From positions 2,356,001 through 2,420,000 of the forward strand of contig OZ076409.1 of the NCBI GenBank assembly GCA_964187785.1: 64,000 nt of DNA. Reading direction: 5' to 3'. Positions 61,257 through 64,000 of this stretch are shown one piece after another; the first letter of the stretch is position 1, and every line of letters starts with the position of its first letter. Both the position numbers and the translations under genes were made by a program. The DNA is from Amphiscolops sp. MND2022. Taxonomy: Eukaryota. Below the pieces are notes generated by a model. It worked only from the letters and a program-made list of their open reading frames with translations. It was not told the origin of the DNA and did not search any database.

Positions 61257-63570
61257 TCATTCGTGGACAGAAGAAGAGGAGAATTCACTGAGATCAAAGG
61301 TGAGTGTTCCGTGCAGTTTGGCCAACTCCACCTGAGTCACAATCCGCTTCTGCACATGTTGACACACCTTCGTGTGGTAAGTGTGCAAAACATCCTTCGT
61401 GTGTGGGTCCATAAAGTGCTTCAAAAGCTCCGGGTTTCTGTACAAACAATATATTGACCATCCTTCTCACATCGCTACATTTATTCGCTATTCGCTTAAT
61501 CGATATTCCGCTAAAAAAATTTTCTTCAAACCAGGGTTTTGACATCGCTAAAATTTTTCGCTAATCGCGCATTTCAAAATCGCTATTTCGCTAAAAAAAT
61601 TCTTCAAACCAGGGTTTTGACATCGCTACTTGTTTCGCTAATCGCTGAATCACTTATTTCAAAATCGCTATTCCGCTGAAATTTTTTCTTCAAACTATGT
61701 TTTCAAATTAAATGATAACTTACATTAAGACTTTACAAGAAAAAGACTAGAATTTTTTATACTGTGGGTTTCACACAGGTAAGAGATAGAAATTTATTCT
61801 GAAACTCATTGTATTGTACTACGAGGAAACTCTGCATGTAAACAGTTTATTAGTTGCCGCTAATTTGAACCACTAAAAAATTGCTGAAAAATTCTGCGCG
61901 GCCGCTAAATCGCTAATTAGCGGTGTCAAAACTCTCATATTGACCAAACTTATTCAAATATATCCAACTTTTTGACGTGATATCCGAAGTAAATTGTATT
62001 TTAGAAGTAAGCAGCGGATCAAAATTATTGCGCTCTATCCGAATTTTGATGTTATATCCGACGTAAATTGCGCTTTACCAAGGAGGCTCGGAAAAAGTTC
62101 GAAAAATGAGGAGGCCAATGTTCAGTAAGTTGAAATTGTGAGCAGTTGAAAAGGCAACGGTTCAAACTGGCTAGGATAAATTTGTCATGACGTCATGAAT
62201 TTCGGAACTTTTTCCTTCCCACCCCCACACACACACTTTCCAAGATGATGTTTTTAGTCGGCGCTTTTCTTAAGAAAAGAGCCCGACTATTACAGTCACT
62301 CGTTTTTTTTATTTAAGACAGACTCGAAGCGACGAACGTTAAAATTAACGTTCAACTACTAAATACAGTACTAAAATACTGGCAGCGCGTTTGAGATAGT
62401 GCAAAGGGTCCCCCCTTTCAGTAAGTCCATTTTTATCGTAAGATACAAAACAGGACGAGACTATAGGGTCCCCCCTTTGAGTTTTTTTTCGGCACTGTGC
62501 GACTTTTTTTCGAAAATTTTTTTGTCCCCAAAGGGTCCCCCCTTCAAGTTTTTTGATATTTTGCAACGGAATGTATGTTAATAAATCCAGAAGGATCCCC
62601 CTTTTCCATTTTTCGGCACTATGCGACTTTTTTTCGAAAGAAAAAAAATTTTTCAAAAATTTCAATTTTTTTCCAAAAATTTTTTTGCGCTTTTTGAGCC
62701 TTAGATATGGCGCCGACATTAGACGTTCCCGTCTTGTTGCAATTAATTATATCTCAATTGCGTTTCCAATGAAACAGTTGAGTTTTAAATTTATTCTCAG
62801 GATGATAGTTTAGGATTCAGATACAAACTTTGTTTTCCATATGCAGTCACGCTTTTTTTGATGAGAAAATCAACAGCTTCCTGTTTTGAGTCACCAATAA
62901 ACACTTAATACGAACGTAATTATAGTCAAAATGTGTGAACAATGTTTTGTTCAAGCGGAAAACTACTCTAATAGTGTGGAGACAACAAAACAAAGGAAAA
63001 GACTTATTCGAAGGAATATTGAATGATATAGTCAAATATAATCCTTTATGTTGAGTTTGTTTTCTTTAAAAAGTGGGGGGGGGGGGATTGGGAAGGAAAA
63101 AGAGCCTGAATTTCAATATATTTAGTTAGTTGGTCAATGTATTTTACTATCCTGTAATCTATGATGAGGTCGGCGTCTCGGCACACAGGGCAAGGATTGG
63201 AGGACACGAATTTGGTGGAGAAACACCTGTAGTCAGGGATCATTGGGAATCTTCATCTCTGGATCAATGGAAACACTGAATCATTCAAAAAACCAGAAAA
63301 TTTCACGTGAAATTTGGAAAATACAGTTGACACTGATCAAGGTTGTTATGTTTAAAACAAACTGTTTTAAACAAGCTTGAAAAAAAACTGTTAAAACACT
63401 TTTGAAAAACACATGTTTTTTATGTTGTTTATTTCAAGCGAAGGGCCCATTCTTTTCGGCATGTTATGTTTGCAGTTCAGGCGGGTTGGAGCGTCAATTT
63501 TCGACGATGGGAGTCACCTATGGGTGGCTACGCACGCAGTTAGGGGTCGAGAAAGCTGGCAAACAGTTTT
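61257..63570 (-). CDS. MRPS18B: Mitochondrial ribosomal protein S18B-like (bS18 family); exons about 63570-63518, 63226-63152 and 61437-61257; 5' exon and 3' end uncertain
   Basis: Joined peptide NPCPVCRDADLIIDYR|NPELLKHFMDPHTKDVLHTYHTKVCQHVQKRIVTQVELAKLHGTL matches the S18-2 pattern NPCPICRD..L..D.RN..LL..F...HT......T.VC. The upstream exon reads like a targeting peptide (..ATHR|CFST). Confidence 0.8.
61459..61936. mobile_element. hAT-type MITE in the MRPS18B intron
   Basis: 8-bp TSD ATATTGAC; TIR-like cagggttttgacatcgcta / tagcggtgtcaaaactct, with a degenerate left end and internal repeats of it. Confidence 0.7.
62251..62738 (+). mobile_element. HINE/DINE-1-like dispersed repeat copy in the MRPS18B intron
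   Basis: TTTT-AGTCGGCGC...GCGCCGAC-agacgttcccgtct hairpin-TGTT. Confidence 0.75.
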
Positions 63571-64000
63571 CTGTACCGAGAACTAATCAAGACTGCGATT
63601 CTTCCAGAAATTTGAAATAAAAAATTTAATTGAAAATGTTTTTATATAGCATAAATCAGATGAAAAAAACAACCATAAAAAACCGAGCACTTTTTTCGAA
63701 AAAAAAACGTTTAATTGTATAAAATGAAAAAAAAACTGTATAAGGTAACATCCTGACACTGATTATTATTCCTTTTCGAACTAATCCTTCTTATCATGTT
63801 GGCGTGATAAGTGACATTACAGTGAACAGGCAAGCTTTTTGCTGCTTTTCGTGGAATCCGGGACACGAAAATTGAGAAAAGTCGTGGAATCCAGGACAAA
63901 ATTTACCTTTGATGTTGAGCGTGTAAACTGAAAAATACAAAATTTTTGTGTGATATTGGTGTGATTGTCTGAATCATTTTGAATTAATATACGAAAAGTA

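Noticed and set aside
28121..62813. Numerous 60-160-aa Phe/Lys-rich ORFs (e.g. 40838-41311, 42934-43290, 62345-62719, 33118-33480)
   Set aside because: Chance translations of the dispersed HINE-like repeats and the Helentron-type body.

Overview
AT-rich, repeat-dominated eukaryotic DNA, probably from an invertebrate animal (species not identifiable from sequence). Main contents: (1) a 15.7-kb env-bearing Ty3/Gypsy (errantivirus-like) LTR retroelement on the minus strand (6483-22193) with gag, pol, a class I fusion env and an internal 2,685-bp duplication. On its opposite strand, next to the 3' LTR, it carries an intact, intron-containing gene for a JmjC-domain (Fe(II)/2-oxoglutarate oxygenase) protein with a nuclear localisation signal. 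This candidate retroelement-encoded chromatin or anti-silencing enzyme is the most notable finding. (2) That element sits in a 4-copy 1.3-kb tandem array derived from the end of an older LTR element, next to two decayed genes. (3) An apparently intact BEL/Pao element with identical LTRs (53992-60653), which also has an antisense ORF beside its 3' LTR. (4) A Helentron-type non-autonomous concatemer, many copies of a DINE-1/HINE-like repeat, hAT MITEs, two Tc1/mariner fossils and a tRNA-derived SINE head. (5) Two minus-strand host genes: an MRPS18B-like mitoribosomal protein gene and an unidentified low-complexity gene. Their exon phases imply non-canonical GA and GC splice donors. All alignments and counts were made by eye.
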